Below, piece after piece: positions 33,812 through 42,105 of a DNA stretch of 64,000 nucleotides. Source of the DNA: Candidatus Flemingiibacterium sp. Its GTDB lineage: Bacteria > Bacillota > Clostridia > Oscillospirales > CAG-272. The notes beneath the pieces are model-generated. The model ran no database searches, had not been told where the DNA came from, and was given only the letters and a program-made list of their open reading frames with translations. The position numbers and the translations under genes are program-made. The stretch is from positions 65,407 to 129,406 of the forward strand of contig JAZRGK010000080.1 of assembly GCA_045644145.1 (NCBI GenBank), read 5' to 3'. Numbering within the stretch: the stretch's first letter is position 1; each line of letters starts with the position of its first letter.

Positions 33812-34057
33812 ATGGAAAACAAAAAATCACCATTACCGGAGCACGTTATCCGTGCAATGCGCAGGGATGACGGCTACATTAGAGCAGAGGCTACAGCAAA
33901 AGGGGTGAGATATATTGTCCACCTTCTTACCGCCAATGGCTACAAGCGGCATTGCAGTATTTCGTATATCCAATTTCACCGGCTTTACAAAGAGGGTTAT
34001 ATCAAGCACGCTGGCGACGGCAAGTGGAAGCTGACCGATAAGGGAAAGGAGGGGTAA
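33812..34057 (+). CDS. Hypothetical early phage protein
   Basis: 81 aa with RBS AAAGGAGAA. Basic, possibly DNA-binding. Confidence 0.6.
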   Translation: MENKKSPLPEHVIRAMRRDDGYIRAEATAKGVRYIVHLLTANGYKRHCSISYIQFHRLYKEGYIKHAGDGKWKLTDKGKEG

Positions 34058-34060
34058 GCC

Positions 34061-34231
34061 GTGGCAAGACCTATACCGGAAGTGAAAATGTTAGAACCCG
34101 GAGAACAGTTGCAAGTTAACCTTGATGCGTGGTCGCCTTGGAAACGTGATCGCTTTTACAAAAACACACTTGATGCGTTTAATCGTTGGAAAAAAGAACA
34201 GTCGGAGGCGACAGCAGATGGGCAAGCATGA
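34061..34231 (+). CDS. Hypothetical 56-aa phage protein
   Basis: GTG at 34061, 6 nt after AAAGGAGGGG. Not in the ORF track (under 60 aa). Overlaps the next gene by 14 nt. Confidence 0.45.
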   Translation: MARPIPEVKMLEPGEQLQVNLDAWSPWKRDRFYKNTLDAFNRWKKEQSEATADGQA

Positions 34232-34466
34232 AGAACGGCTTGAACGAGCGACGCGCCGCAAGCTCGTGAAGCTGTGTAATAGGCAATACACCGTATCAGA
34301 AGCGGTGGCGAAGTACGACAGGGCACATTCGCATTACCAAAAGCTCGTGCGTACCGGCGACGGTGGCGAAAGCTCTGGTGCCCTTATAGCAGACACTGTG
34401 GCATATATCAACGCACTTGCAAGGTATTGCAGTATGCGCGGTGTTGCGCTGAGAGAAATAAGATGA
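34218..34466 (+). CDS. Hypothetical early phage protein
   Basis: 82 aa from the ATG at 34218, after GGAGG (MGKHEERLERA...). Confidence 0.55.
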   Translation: MGKHEERLERATRRKLVKLCNRQYTVSEAVAKYDRAHSHYQKLVRTGDGGESSGALIADTVAYINALARYCSMRGVALREIR

Positions 34467-34482
34467 AAGGAGAATAAAACAA

Positions 34483-35062
34483 ATGATAAACCTCAGCAAA
34501 CTGTACGACAGCGAGCGGTGCCGGCTCATGAGCATCATCAAGACCGGCAAAAAGGAAACGCCGGGCGTGCTCCACTTTAAGGGACTGCCCACCGCAATCG
34601 GAGGCGGTACAAAGGTGCGAGCCATCGAGGACGGCGTTGTAATGTATGTAGGGCAGTGCCACGACATCCACAGCCGTGACAGATGGCGCGGCTTGATCGT
34701 GTCCATTCAAGGGCGTAACGGCACAATCGTTTCCTACGAGCGGTTATCAATCGCTACCGCCAAAGAGGGCGAATACATACACGCCGGTGAGCCTATCGGC
34801 TACGAGGGCAACACGGGAAGGGGGCAGGGAAATATACCTGGCTATCAGATTCGAGCGCAACGAGCGTCTTGTTAACGGCTGTGAATACCTCGGCATACCG
34901 GAAAAGCTTCAGGAGTTCAGAAACGTATCTGAAAGTGCAGAGGAATTGGTATGCAAAGTCTGCCGTTTCGACAGCAAAGAGCGTTACGGAATCAGAAGCT
35001 TACCCTGCGCGGACAGCATATGGGATAAGGTCCTTGCGGCATTTGAATCAAGGAGAGCATGA
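34483..35062 (+). pseudogene. M23/LytM-like domain protein split by a +1 frame change; metal ligands degenerate
   Basis: Frame 1 reads ...GGGTKVRAIEDGVVMYVG...GLIVSIQGRNGTIVSYERL...GEPIGYEGNTGRGQG, then stops. The M23 fold continues in the next frame (ORF 34787-35062) as IYLAIRFERNERLVNGCEYLGIP. The switch lies at about 34820-34840, next to a GGGGG run. Confidence 0.6.
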
Positions 35063-35075
35063 AAGGAGCAGTACC

Positions 35076-35294
35076 ATGACACTTTTACTATCAGTATTAT
35101 ACATAGTATACTTCACCCACCACAGCATACGCCGCTTTGCGCCCTGCTTCCTCGCGGTATCGGGGGACATGCCGTTGTCTGATGTGCGTGTAAGGCGTGC
35201 GAGGCGTGTGAGTCTTGCGTACATCGCAGGTGCGCTTATCTATGCGGCGGCGTGGGCGATGGTGCTTGCGACTGCTATAGCGATGATGTATTAA
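35076..35294 (+). CDS. Small hydrophobic (membrane) phage protein
   Basis: 72 aa from the ATG at 35076, after AAAGGAG. Two hydrophobic segments. Confidence 0.55.
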   Translation: MTLLLSVLYIVYFTHHSIRRFAPCFLAVSGDMPLSDVRVRRARRVSLAYIAGALIYAAAWAMVLATAIAMMY

Positions 35295-35314
35295 TTCAAA
35301 AGGAGTATAGAATC

Positions 35315-35980
35315 ATGTGCAAAATGAAATCGGCTATTATCTTAAAAGACAGGGTATTCATCCCCGACTACGACAGCCACAGCGATATGTTAGAGGAGCT
35401 TAAAATTGCTGACACCCGTACAAACGCAGAACGGCTTTTCGTTCGTGTGGAGCTTTCGCCGAGTGACGGTGACGTGTTCAGCGACATTGATACATGGGTG
35501 TTCAATGTAGATCAGGACATACGCCCCGAGTGGTTTGTTGAGGAAGTAGACAAGGCGCGTATGGTGGAAGCTGTTAAGGCGTGGGCAAAAGACCATATCC
35601 ATATCGGCGTGGACGGCTTAAAGATAGACAGCGGAAGCAATCACTATATCAAGGATTGCAAGGGTGTTGAAATCTGCAACAGCACCGTCGAGGCGTATGA
35701 CAACAGCACCGTCAAGGCGTGGGGCAACAGCACCGTCAAGGCGTGGGGCAACAGCACCGTCGAGGCGTGTGGCAACAGCACCGTCGAGGCGTGGGGCAAC
35801 AGCACCGTCGAGGCGTGGGGCAACAGCACCGTCGTTAAACTCGAATATTCAGCGTTTGACAAGGCACATTTGGTACTCTCCGACAACGCCACATTCAAAG
35901 ATTGTGCGGCAAAAATCATATATCAGTCGGGCGATTGGGAGCTTCGACTTGTAGGAAAGGATGGCAAAATTGGAATCTGA
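35315..35980 (+). CDS. Phage protein with 8-aa tandem repeats (GNSTVEAW)
   Basis: 221 aa from the ATG at 35315, after AAAGGAG. Contains 6.6 consecutive NSTV(E/K)A(W/Y/C)G repeats. Confidence 0.7.
   Translation: MCKMKSAIILKDRVFIPDYDSHSDMLEELKIADTRTNAERLFVRVELSPSDGDVFSDIDTWVFNVDQDIRPEWFVEEVDKARMVEAVKAWAKDHIHIGVDGLKIDSGSNHYIKDCKGVEICNSTVEAYDNSTVKAWGNSTVKAWGNSTVEACGNSTVEAWGNSTVEAWGNSTVVKLEYSAFDKAHLVLSDNATFKDCAAKIIYQSGDWELRLVGKDGKIGI
35677..35834 (+). repeat. 24-bp in-frame tandem repeat, about 6.6 copies
   Basis: The unit caacagcaccgtcgaggcgtgggg starts at 35677, 35701, 35725, 35749, 35773, 35797 and 35821 (partial), with point variants. Confidence 0.95.
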
Positions 35981-36140
35981 TATAAAAGCCGCAGAGGAGC
36001 GCTACGTTCGTGATCTGACGGCGGAGAATACTGAACTGCGAAAAAGGCTGTGTGAGCTGTCCGATGTTATAACGGAGATAGAAACTACACTGTATTCTGA
36101 TATCGAGGTTCGGAGAGGGCATAAGGTGGTTTTCTTATGA
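35961..36140 (+). CDS. Hypothetical coiled-coil 59-aa phage protein
   Basis: ATG at 35961, after AGGAAAGG. ATGA overlap with the next gene. Confidence 0.45.
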   Translation: MAKLESDIKAAEERYVRDLTAENTELRKRLCELSDVITEIETTLYSDIEVRRGHKVVFL

Positions 36141-36502
36141 TGATGACGGCAGAGGAGATAAGACGTGACCATAGGCTTGCGAAGAACCCGGAAGCGCAGG
36201 TGGAAATACTTGCCGACATTAACGAGGTTACACCAAAGATCATCCGGCGTATCATTGCCGGACAGAGTATTGAGGAAGTCATGGATCGAAAGCCGCCCCA
36301 AGCTCGCAAGTCACGGTATGTGCCGAATGGCAAAATAAAGCATTGGACAACAGAAGAGAAAGAACGGCTCGGGCAGATGTGGCGAGAGGGATGTAATCTT
36401 GATGAAATCTCCGCTGTGCTCGGACGTTCTCAAAGTTCCGTCAAGAGTGCGCTGTATCAATACAAGCTATCTTTGCGGTGCAAAAAGAAAAGCCGCATTT
36501 GA
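36137..36502 (+). CDS. Hypothetical phage protein with HTH/Myb-like segments
   Basis: 121 aa. Segment WTTEEKERLGQMWREGCNLDEISAVLGRSQSSVKSALY. Confidence 0.55.
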   Translation: MMMTAEEIRRDHRLAKNPEAQVEILADINEVTPKIIRRIIAGQSIEEVMDRKPPQARKSRYVPNGKIKHWTTEEKERLGQMWREGCNLDEISAVLGRSQSSVKSALYQYKLSLRCKKKSRI

Positions 36503-36627
36503 TGCGCCAACATCAAACACGGCAAAAGTGTGATCTTTCGTAGGAAAGATTACATATACAGTACCAATATTGTAACACAATTATTGATATTTTGCAAGTA
36601 GTTTTAAGAAAAAAGTTAGGAGGCGAT

Positions 36628-36849
36628 ATGGTGTACGTTAATTACGGTCAGATATCGAATCAGCAGGCATCGTATCTTATCGGATGGGTAGTAGATCACA
36701 TGCCGAGGATCTACTACACGGGATATTACGACCACAAAAGCGGCAGTTTTATGCTGTATCCGCGAAATGTGGCGTGTCCCGGCAGCTACGCGCCGGAGCT
36801 GTATCAGAAGCGGCGTGTGTATGCGTCCGATATTAAGCCTGCGAGATAA
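36628..36849 (+). CDS. Hypothetical phage protein
   Basis: 73 aa from the ATG at 36628, after TAGGAGG. Confidence 0.5.
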   Translation: MVYVNYGQISNQQASYLIGWVVDHMPRIYYTGYYDHKSGSFMLYPRNVACPGSYAPELYQKRRVYASDIKPAR

Positions 36850-36858
36850 GGAGAGAAA

Positions 36859-37002
36859 ATGAAACCACAATACATATTCCCGATAATACTCATCACGCTT
36901 GACATTGTCGCGGCAGTGTGGTATGGATTAGCGCATGATACGCGCATGGTTATATATTGGATTGCCGCGGCGGTACTTAATGCGGCGGTTACGTTTAAGT
37001 GA
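36859..37002 (+). CDS. Small hydrophobic 47-aa phage protein
   Basis: ATG at 36859, after AAGGAGAG. Translation: MKPQYIFPIILITLDIVAAVWYGLAHDTRMVIYWIAAAVLNAAVTFK. Not in the ORF track. Confidence 0.45.
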   Translation: MKPQYIFPIILITLDIVAAVWYGLAHDTRMVIYWIAAAVLNAAVTFK

Positions 37003-37012
37003 GGTGGGGGAG

Positions 37013-37771
37013 ATGACTATCAAAACAAAGCTATACCACGACAATTTCCAAAACTACAAGCGGTACAACATACCGCGTGCACAGCTTGTAATAGCCGATA
37101 TACCGTATAACGTGGGAGATAAGGCTTACGGCTCGAATCCCATGTGGTATGTCGGTGGCGACAACAAGAACGGTGAAAGCAAGCATGCAAAGTCGGCGTT
37201 CTTCAACGGCGACGGCGATTTTAACCTCAACGAGTATTTCCATTTCTGCCACAAGCTTCTGCGCAAAGAACCGAAAGAGCGCGGCAAAGCTCCGTGCATG
37301 ATTATATTCTGCGCATTTGAGCAGATGGCACCGCTTATTGAGCTTGCACGGAAGCACGGATATATGCACTACATACCGCTTATCTTCTGCAAGAACTACT
37401 CGGCGCAGGTACTTAAGGCTAATATGCGAATCGTAGGTGCTACGGAATATGCGCTGTGCTTGTACCGGGACAAGCTTCCGAAGTTCAACAACATGGGCGA
37501 GGATGGCAAGCGGCATATGGTGTTCAACCACTTCGAGTGGAAGCGTGACAATAGCAAGGAGTACCCGAAGATACACCCGACACAGAAGCCCGTATCGGTG
37601 TTAAAGCGGCTTATCGAAATATTTACCGACGAGGGCGACGTAGTAATAGACCCATGCGCCGGAAGCGGAAGCACGCTTCGCGCGGCTCGGGAGTGTGGGC
37701 GAAACAGTTATGGATTTGAAGTAAGCCGCAAGTTTTACCGTGAGGCTATGGAGAAGATGTTAGGCAATTAA
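37013..37771 (+). CDS. Orphan DNA methyltransferase (beta-class N6-adenine/N4-cytosine type)
   Basis: 252 aa from the ATG at 37013, after GAGGTGGGGG. Motif IV-like DIPYN comes before HPTQKP, and the AdoMet motif VIDPCAGSGST comes last. No adjacent restriction gene. Confidence 0.8.
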   Translation: MTIKTKLYHDNFQNYKRYNIPRAQLVIADIPYNVGDKAYGSNPMWYVGGDNKNGESKHAKSAFFNGDGDFNLNEYFHFCHKLLRKEPKERGKAPCMIIFCAFEQMAPLIELARKHGYMHYIPLIFCKNYSAQVLKANMRIVGATEYALCLYRDKLPKFNNMGEDGKRHMVFNHFEWKRDNSKEYPKIHPTQKPVSVLKRLIEIFTDEGDVVIDPCAGSGSTLRAARECGRNSYGFEVSRKFYREAMEKMLGN

Positions 37772-37794
37772 CAACAGTGAAAGGAGCAATAACA

Positions 37795-38391
37795 ATGGAA
37801 AAATTCACATGGGAAGCGTTTCGCAGTAAGCGAATAGCGGTGAGATGCCGCACAGAGGCAGAGGCAAGAGAGTTTCTTGAATTTTGCAGGCGCGCCGGAT
37901 TTACATGGGGCAACTTTGCCGAGATAATACCGGACAAATACACGCACTACGGTGAGTACAGCGAGTACACCTGCTACATAGCGGGGTGCGATCTTCCGTG
38001 GATGCAGTACCGTTCGCTTTCGTGGGTGCTCGACCACGAGTATACCGTGAGATTCGCCGATGAGGTTATGCGCGAGCTTTGCGAGGCAAAAGCAACTGAA
38101 TGTGGTCATGTGAGCATCAAGTTAAAGGCGGTTAGTGAGCCGCCAAAGGAAACAATAAACCCTCATGCCGCGCGTTGGCGCGATGCGGAGGCAGACAAGC
38201 CTACTGAGAGTGGAGAATACTTCGTTATTGTCAGATGGATAGCCGACGGTGCATTCCACACAGGGAAAGAAATAGCAATGTTTAATGCTGTAAACGGTGG
38301 GTTCGGAAATGTAGATACGCTCGAAGGTGAATATGTTATCACCCATTGGCTTGACGGTGTTCCGCCTGCTCCGGAGGTGGTTGTGCGGTGA
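37795..38391 (+). CDS. Phage protein with C-terminal DUF551-like domain
   Basis: 198 aa from the ATG at 37795, after AAAGGAG. The C-terminus (ESGEYFVIVRW...VITHWLDGVPPAPE) resembles the DUF551 pattern. Confidence 0.55.
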   Translation: MEKFTWEAFRSKRIAVRCRTEAEAREFLEFCRRAGFTWGNFAEIIPDKYTHYGEYSEYTCYIAGCDLPWMQYRSLSWVLDHEYTVRFADEVMRELCEAKATECGHVSIKLKAVSEPPKETINPHAARWRDAEADKPTESGEYFVIVRWIADGAFHTGKEIAMFNAVNGGFGNVDTLEGEYVITHWLDGVPPAPEVVVR

Positions 38392-38966
38392 AAGCAATAC
38401 TCATGAGCATACAGCCGAAGTGGTGCGAGCTTATCGCTTCGGGAAAGAAGACCATCGAGGTCCGTAAGACCAAACCCAAGCTCGATGTGCCGTTCAAGGT
38501 GTATATGTACGAAAGCGGCGGTGATGGTCGAGTAGGAAATCAAAATCTTAATGTTTACATAAAAGGCAATGGGCAAAAGAAAGTCATAGGCGAATTTGTA
38601 TGTGACCAACTTGTATGGGTGATATCTCATCCGGATGTGTTTGCCGGACATGCTTGCTATCATATCAAGCCGATTGAAGATGCTTGCATGACAGAAGATG
38701 AAGCAGAAACTTATTCGAGCGGAGCCGACGTGTACGGCTACCACATCTCCGATCTCGTGATATACGACAAGCCGAAGGAGCTATCAGAGTTCCGCGCCAT
38801 TTGCAAGGAATACGAAAAAGAAAGACCGCGGTGCGGTGACTGTGAGTATTATCACTACGAATGTAATGAGAGTGTTGGATGCTATGTGGAGTGCTCTTGT
38901 GGTGGAGAGAAACCTATAATCCGTCCGCCGCAGTCCTGGTGCTATGTTGAGGAGGTACAAGTATGA
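38388..38966 (+). CDS. ASCH-domain protein
   Basis: 192 aa with a GTG start 8 nt after GGAGGTG. The N-terminus (ILMSIQPKWCELIASGKKTIEVRKTKP) is typical of ASCH. The C-terminus is Cys-rich. Confidence 0.65.
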   Translation: MKAILMSIQPKWCELIASGKKTIEVRKTKPKLDVPFKVYMYESGGDGRVGNQNLNVYIKGNGQKKVIGEFVCDQLVWVISHPDVFAGHACYHIKPIEDACMTEDEAETYSSGADVYGYHISDLVIYDKPKELSEFRAICKEYEKERPRCGDCEYYHYECNESVGCYVECSCGGEKPIIRPPQSWCYVEEVQV

Positions 38967-39328
38967 CTAAACAAGAGCAGATCAATGAACTTCGCGACCT
39001 TATCATGGTAGGTTCGCGTTTGGATATAAACTCCGCAACGGCGTTCGCTGAAACGCTGTACCAAAGAGGGTATCGTAAGCAGGGTGAATGGATAAGCGTT
39101 GACGAGCGACTCCCAGAACGGCAATGCGAATTGCTTGCTTATTACCATTTCGATAACGAAAATGACAGCAAGGGTGAAGCTCGATTTTCGGACAGATCTT
39201 TTGTAAGTGTGTTAACGTATTTTAAGCATGATGCGAAGCCGCACTTTCAGCACGAAAGCACGGGCTTGCGCGTCACCCACTGGATGCCGCTGCCTGAGCC
39301 GCCGAGAATGAAAGGCGGTGCGGAGTGA
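38963..39328 (+). CDS. DUF551-domain phage protein
   Basis: 121 aa. WISVDERLPE...RVTHWMPLPEPP signature. Confidence 0.65.
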   Translation: MTKQEQINELRDLIMVGSRLDINSATAFAETLYQRGYRKQGEWISVDERLPERQCELLAYYHFDNENDSKGEARFSDRSFVSVLTYFKHDAKPHFQHESTGLRVTHWMPLPEPPRMKGGAE

Positions 39329-39729
39329 TGACAGATAACGAGATTATAAAGGCGTTGGAAGAAGAACTCAAAACCGCATTAACAATAAATCATAGATTTG
39401 AAGAAAGCAACGACACCGAAAATCCTGACGACCATAAATTTATAGCACTTTTAAGCAACACTATTAAACTCATCAACCACCTAAAGGCAGAGATTGAGAG
39501 GTTGGAGAGCAATCTTGAATTTGTACGAGGTACAGTTAAGAGATTGCGAGAATATGACGAAGAACGAGATATACAACTTCACGCAAGATTGACCGAGAAA
39601 TCAAGAGCCGAAGCAATCAAAGAGTTTGCGGAGAGGTTGAAAGCGGAGGGATTCAAACACAAGAATTTTGGCGAACTCGTTTATGTTGATAACATCGACG
39701 ATCTTGTAAAAGAAATGGTAGGTGAGTGA
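39325..39729 (+). CDS. Hypothetical coiled-coil phage protein
   Basis: 134 aa. Overlapping start/stop with its neighbours. Confidence 0.55.
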   Translation: MMTDNEIIKALEEELKTALTINHRFEESNDTENPDDHKFIALLSNTIKLINHLKAEIERLESNLEFVRGTVKRLREYDEERDIQLHARLTEKSRAEAIKEFAERLKAEGFKHKNFGELVYVDNIDDLVKEMVGE

Positions 39730-39731
39730 GA

Positions 39732-40304
39732 ATGAATGAGCATGAAAGACTTTGTAAACTACTCGATGAAACATTCGATAATCAATATGCGGCTTATAGG
39801 GCGATCAGTGCAAAACAGACAGCAACGGACTTGCTTGCAAACGGCGTAATCGCACTGCCGTGTAAAGTAGGTGATACTGTGTATCGGATATCTAAGCGAT
39901 ACGGCGAATGGCGTGTGCTTCCAAGGGTGGTCTGCAATATGACATACTCGCTCGATCACTTTTATCGTCCGTCTTGGCGGATATTTACTACCACAGACGA
40001 CAAATTGGGTGAAACGGTGTTCATAACTCGGGAAGAGGCAGAATGTGCTGTTGCCATGAAGAACGGGACAGGAGAAGTAAACAGCGATATAGCTCGCGGC
40101 GAGAATGCAAAGCGCAGCACCACAGAGCTATTGCATGAGCTAACAACACATATGCAAGCGGTGGACAACGGATTCCTTTGGATACACACCGTAGACGGTG
40201 TTACACATTTTGACGTATCGTGTGGAGAAGTGATTTCACGCCTTAATTATTTGAATGAGAAAAACTTAGCTGATGTATTGACACGGCTTAAGCAAACGGA
40301 GTGA
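39732..40304 (+). CDS. Hypothetical phage protein
   Basis: 190 aa from the ATG at 39732; the ORF opens at 39726. Confidence 0.55.
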   Translation: MNEHERLCKLLDETFDNQYAAYRAISAKQTATDLLANGVIALPCKVGDTVYRISKRYGEWRVLPRVVCNMTYSLDHFYRPSWRIFTTTDDKLGETVFITREEAECAVAMKNGTGEVNSDIARGENAKRSTTELLHELTTHMQAVDNGFLWIHTVDGVTHFDVSCGEVISRLNYLNEKNLADVLTRLKQTE

Positions 40305-40308
40305 TAAC

Positions 40309-40614
40309 ATGTACATATGCAACAGATGCGGACATCTTGTCGATGAAGTGCCCACAGAAAAGTGGCGGCACACAGAGCTTGAGGGCGCGTACTACGAGGA
40401 AGAGGAAATGCCGTGCAGTTGCGGCGGCGAGTTTGTAGAGGCTTACGAGTGCGAGTGCTGCGGCGAATACGAAGCCGAGAACGAGCTTAACAACGGTTGG
40501 TGCCGTTCCTGTGTGGCGGATTTGTGTGCCGCCCAAGGGCTTGATCCTAAGCGGCATGCAATGGAGATATACGAGCTTATCGAGGATGAGCGTGAGGCGG
40601 TATGGAAATATTAA
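40309..40614 (+). CDS. Zinc-ribbon phage protein
   Basis: 101 aa with Cys pairs CNRCG...CSCGG...CECCG...CRSC. Confidence 0.55.
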   Translation: MYICNRCGHLVDEVPTEKWRHTELEGAYYEEEEMPCSCGGEFVEAYECECCGEYEAENELNNGWCRSCVADLCAAQGLDPKRHAMEIYELIEDEREAVWKY

Positions 40615-40632
40615 ACGAAAGGATTAAATAAC

Positions 40633-41283
40633 ATGGCAAGAATTATAGGAATCATGGGGGAAAGCGGAGCCGGGAAAACTACCTCTATGCGAAATCTTGA
40701 TCCGGCAACCACATATTATTTTGACTGCGACAAAAAAGGGTTATCGTGGCGCGGTTGGAAAAAACAGTACAACGGTGAAGCGAAGAATTACCGCTGTACC
40801 GACGATCAGGCAGAGATACTTGCGATACTTCGCGGCATAAACGAAAAATGTCCAAATATCAAGACCGTTATCCTTGACACACTCAACGGCGTAATGGTTG
40901 CAGATGAAATGCGCAGAAGCCGCGAAAAGGGCTATGACAAGTGGGTTGATCTTGCTGTGGCTGTGTACGGTATTATTGATTATGCACTTCAAATGCGCGA
41001 GGACATGACGGTGATATTTGTATGCCACTCACAGACTGTACGGGATGACAACGGCTATATGTTCACGTCCATCAAAACCAACGGTCAGAAGCTTTCTAAA
41101 ATCGGACTTGAAACCAAATTCCCCATAGTACTCCACGCCAAGTGCATTGACGGGGAATACATTTTTGAAACACAAGCTAATTTTTCCACAGCAAAAACGC
41201 CTCTTGGGCTTTTCTCTAACAAGACTATTCCCAACGATATTGCTACTGTGCTACAAGCGATAGAGGAGTATGAAAATGGCTAA
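40633..41283 (+). CDS. AAA_24/Sak4-like RecA-fold ATPase (recombination)
   Basis: 216 aa. Walker A GESGAGKTT right at the N-terminus and Walker B VILDTL. Confidence 0.7.
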   Translation: MARIIGIMGESGAGKTTSMRNLDPATTYYFDCDKKGLSWRGWKKQYNGEAKNYRCTDDQAEILAILRGINEKCPNIKTVILDTLNGVMVADEMRRSREKGYDKWVDLAVAVYGIIDYALQMREDMTVIFVCHSQTVRDDNGYMFTSIKTNGQKLSKIGLETKFPIVLHAKCIDGEYIFETQANFSTAKTPLGLFSNKTIPNDIATVLQAIEEYENG

Positions 41284-41512
41284 TTTTGACAGTGGAGTAA
41301 AGGCATACGTCACGGGAGAGTGTACAGTAAAGGTGTATTTCCCTATAGACTATCGTGACAACGCAGATGTGAGCTGTTTCCAGTGCAAATTTTTTAGCAG
41401 GAACAACGGTGTATGCCAACTGACAAAGGAAGTAAGCGAATATCCAACAAAACATATCGGAAGTAATTGTCCGCTTGTATTTAGCGGCGAAATAAATGAT
41501 ACAAAGGAGTAA
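41276..41512 (+). CDS. Small Cys-rich phage protein
   Basis: 78 aa from the ATG at 41276, after AGAGGAG. Four Cys are spread through the sequence (GECTV, VSCFQCKF). Confidence 0.5.
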   Translation: MANFDSGVKAYVTGECTVKVYFPIDYRDNADVSCFQCKFFSRNNGVCQLTKEVSEYPTKHIGSNCPLVFSGEINDTKE

Positions 41513-41517
41513 CGATC

Positions 41518-42102
41518 ATGAAACCTATCAACAACTACGAAAATATTCAGGCAAGCACAGGCGAATTTGCAAGACCTACAGCAGGCGGATACATTGCTGT
41601 GATAACATCTGTCAAAGATGTTCAGCTCGATCCCGTCAGCGGCAAGGGTGAATATCTGAACATTCAATACGATTTTGCGGCAGGGGAATTCAAGGGATAT
41701 CACCACGATACGTTTGAAAAATTCGGCTTTTGGGGCGGATCGTTTATTCGCTCATACAAAGAAAAGGCTGTTGGGATGTTCAAGCACTTCACCAACTGCG
41801 TCGAGGAATCGAATCCCGGGTATAGATGGGACTGGAACGAGGTGGGGCTTATCGGCAGATATATTGGCTTAGTGCTTGGCGAAGAGGAATACATCAGCAA
41901 CAAGGACAACACCGTTAAGGTGCGGCTCGTTGTCAAAGAGTTAAAAACACTGAAACAGATACAGGACGGAGATTTCAAAGTGCCGCCTCTTAAAAAGCTT
42001 GATGTCGGTGTACCTACGGCAAACTTTGGCGCACCGCCTATTTTGCCCACAAGTGCACCGCAGTGGGAAACTCTTAGCGGCGACAGTGAGCTTCCGTTTT
42101 AA
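41518..42102 (+). CDS. DUF669-like phage protein with SSB-type acidic C-terminal tip
   Basis: 194 aa immediately after the Sak4-like gene. It ends in ...GDSELPF, resembling the SSB D-D-D-I/L-P-F tail. Confidence 0.6.
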   Translation: MKPINNYENIQASTGEFARPTAGGYIAVITSVKDVQLDPVSGKGEYLNIQYDFAAGEFKGYHHDTFEKFGFWGGSFIRSYKEKAVGMFKHFTNCVEESNPGYRWDWNEVGLIGRYIGLVLGEEEYISNKDNTVKVRLVVKELKTLKQIQDGDFKVPPLKKLDVGVPTANFGAPPILPTSAPQWETLSGDSELPF

Positions 42103-42105
42103 GCT

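Noticed and set aside
35677-35834. A regular 24-bp repeat array that might be mistaken for a CRISPR array. The same applies to the GAACAGCA repeats at 43019-43200.
   Set aside because: The repeats are head-to-tail with no unique spacers, are in-frame inside ORFs, and there are no cas genes. They are coding tandem repeats and replication iterons respectively.
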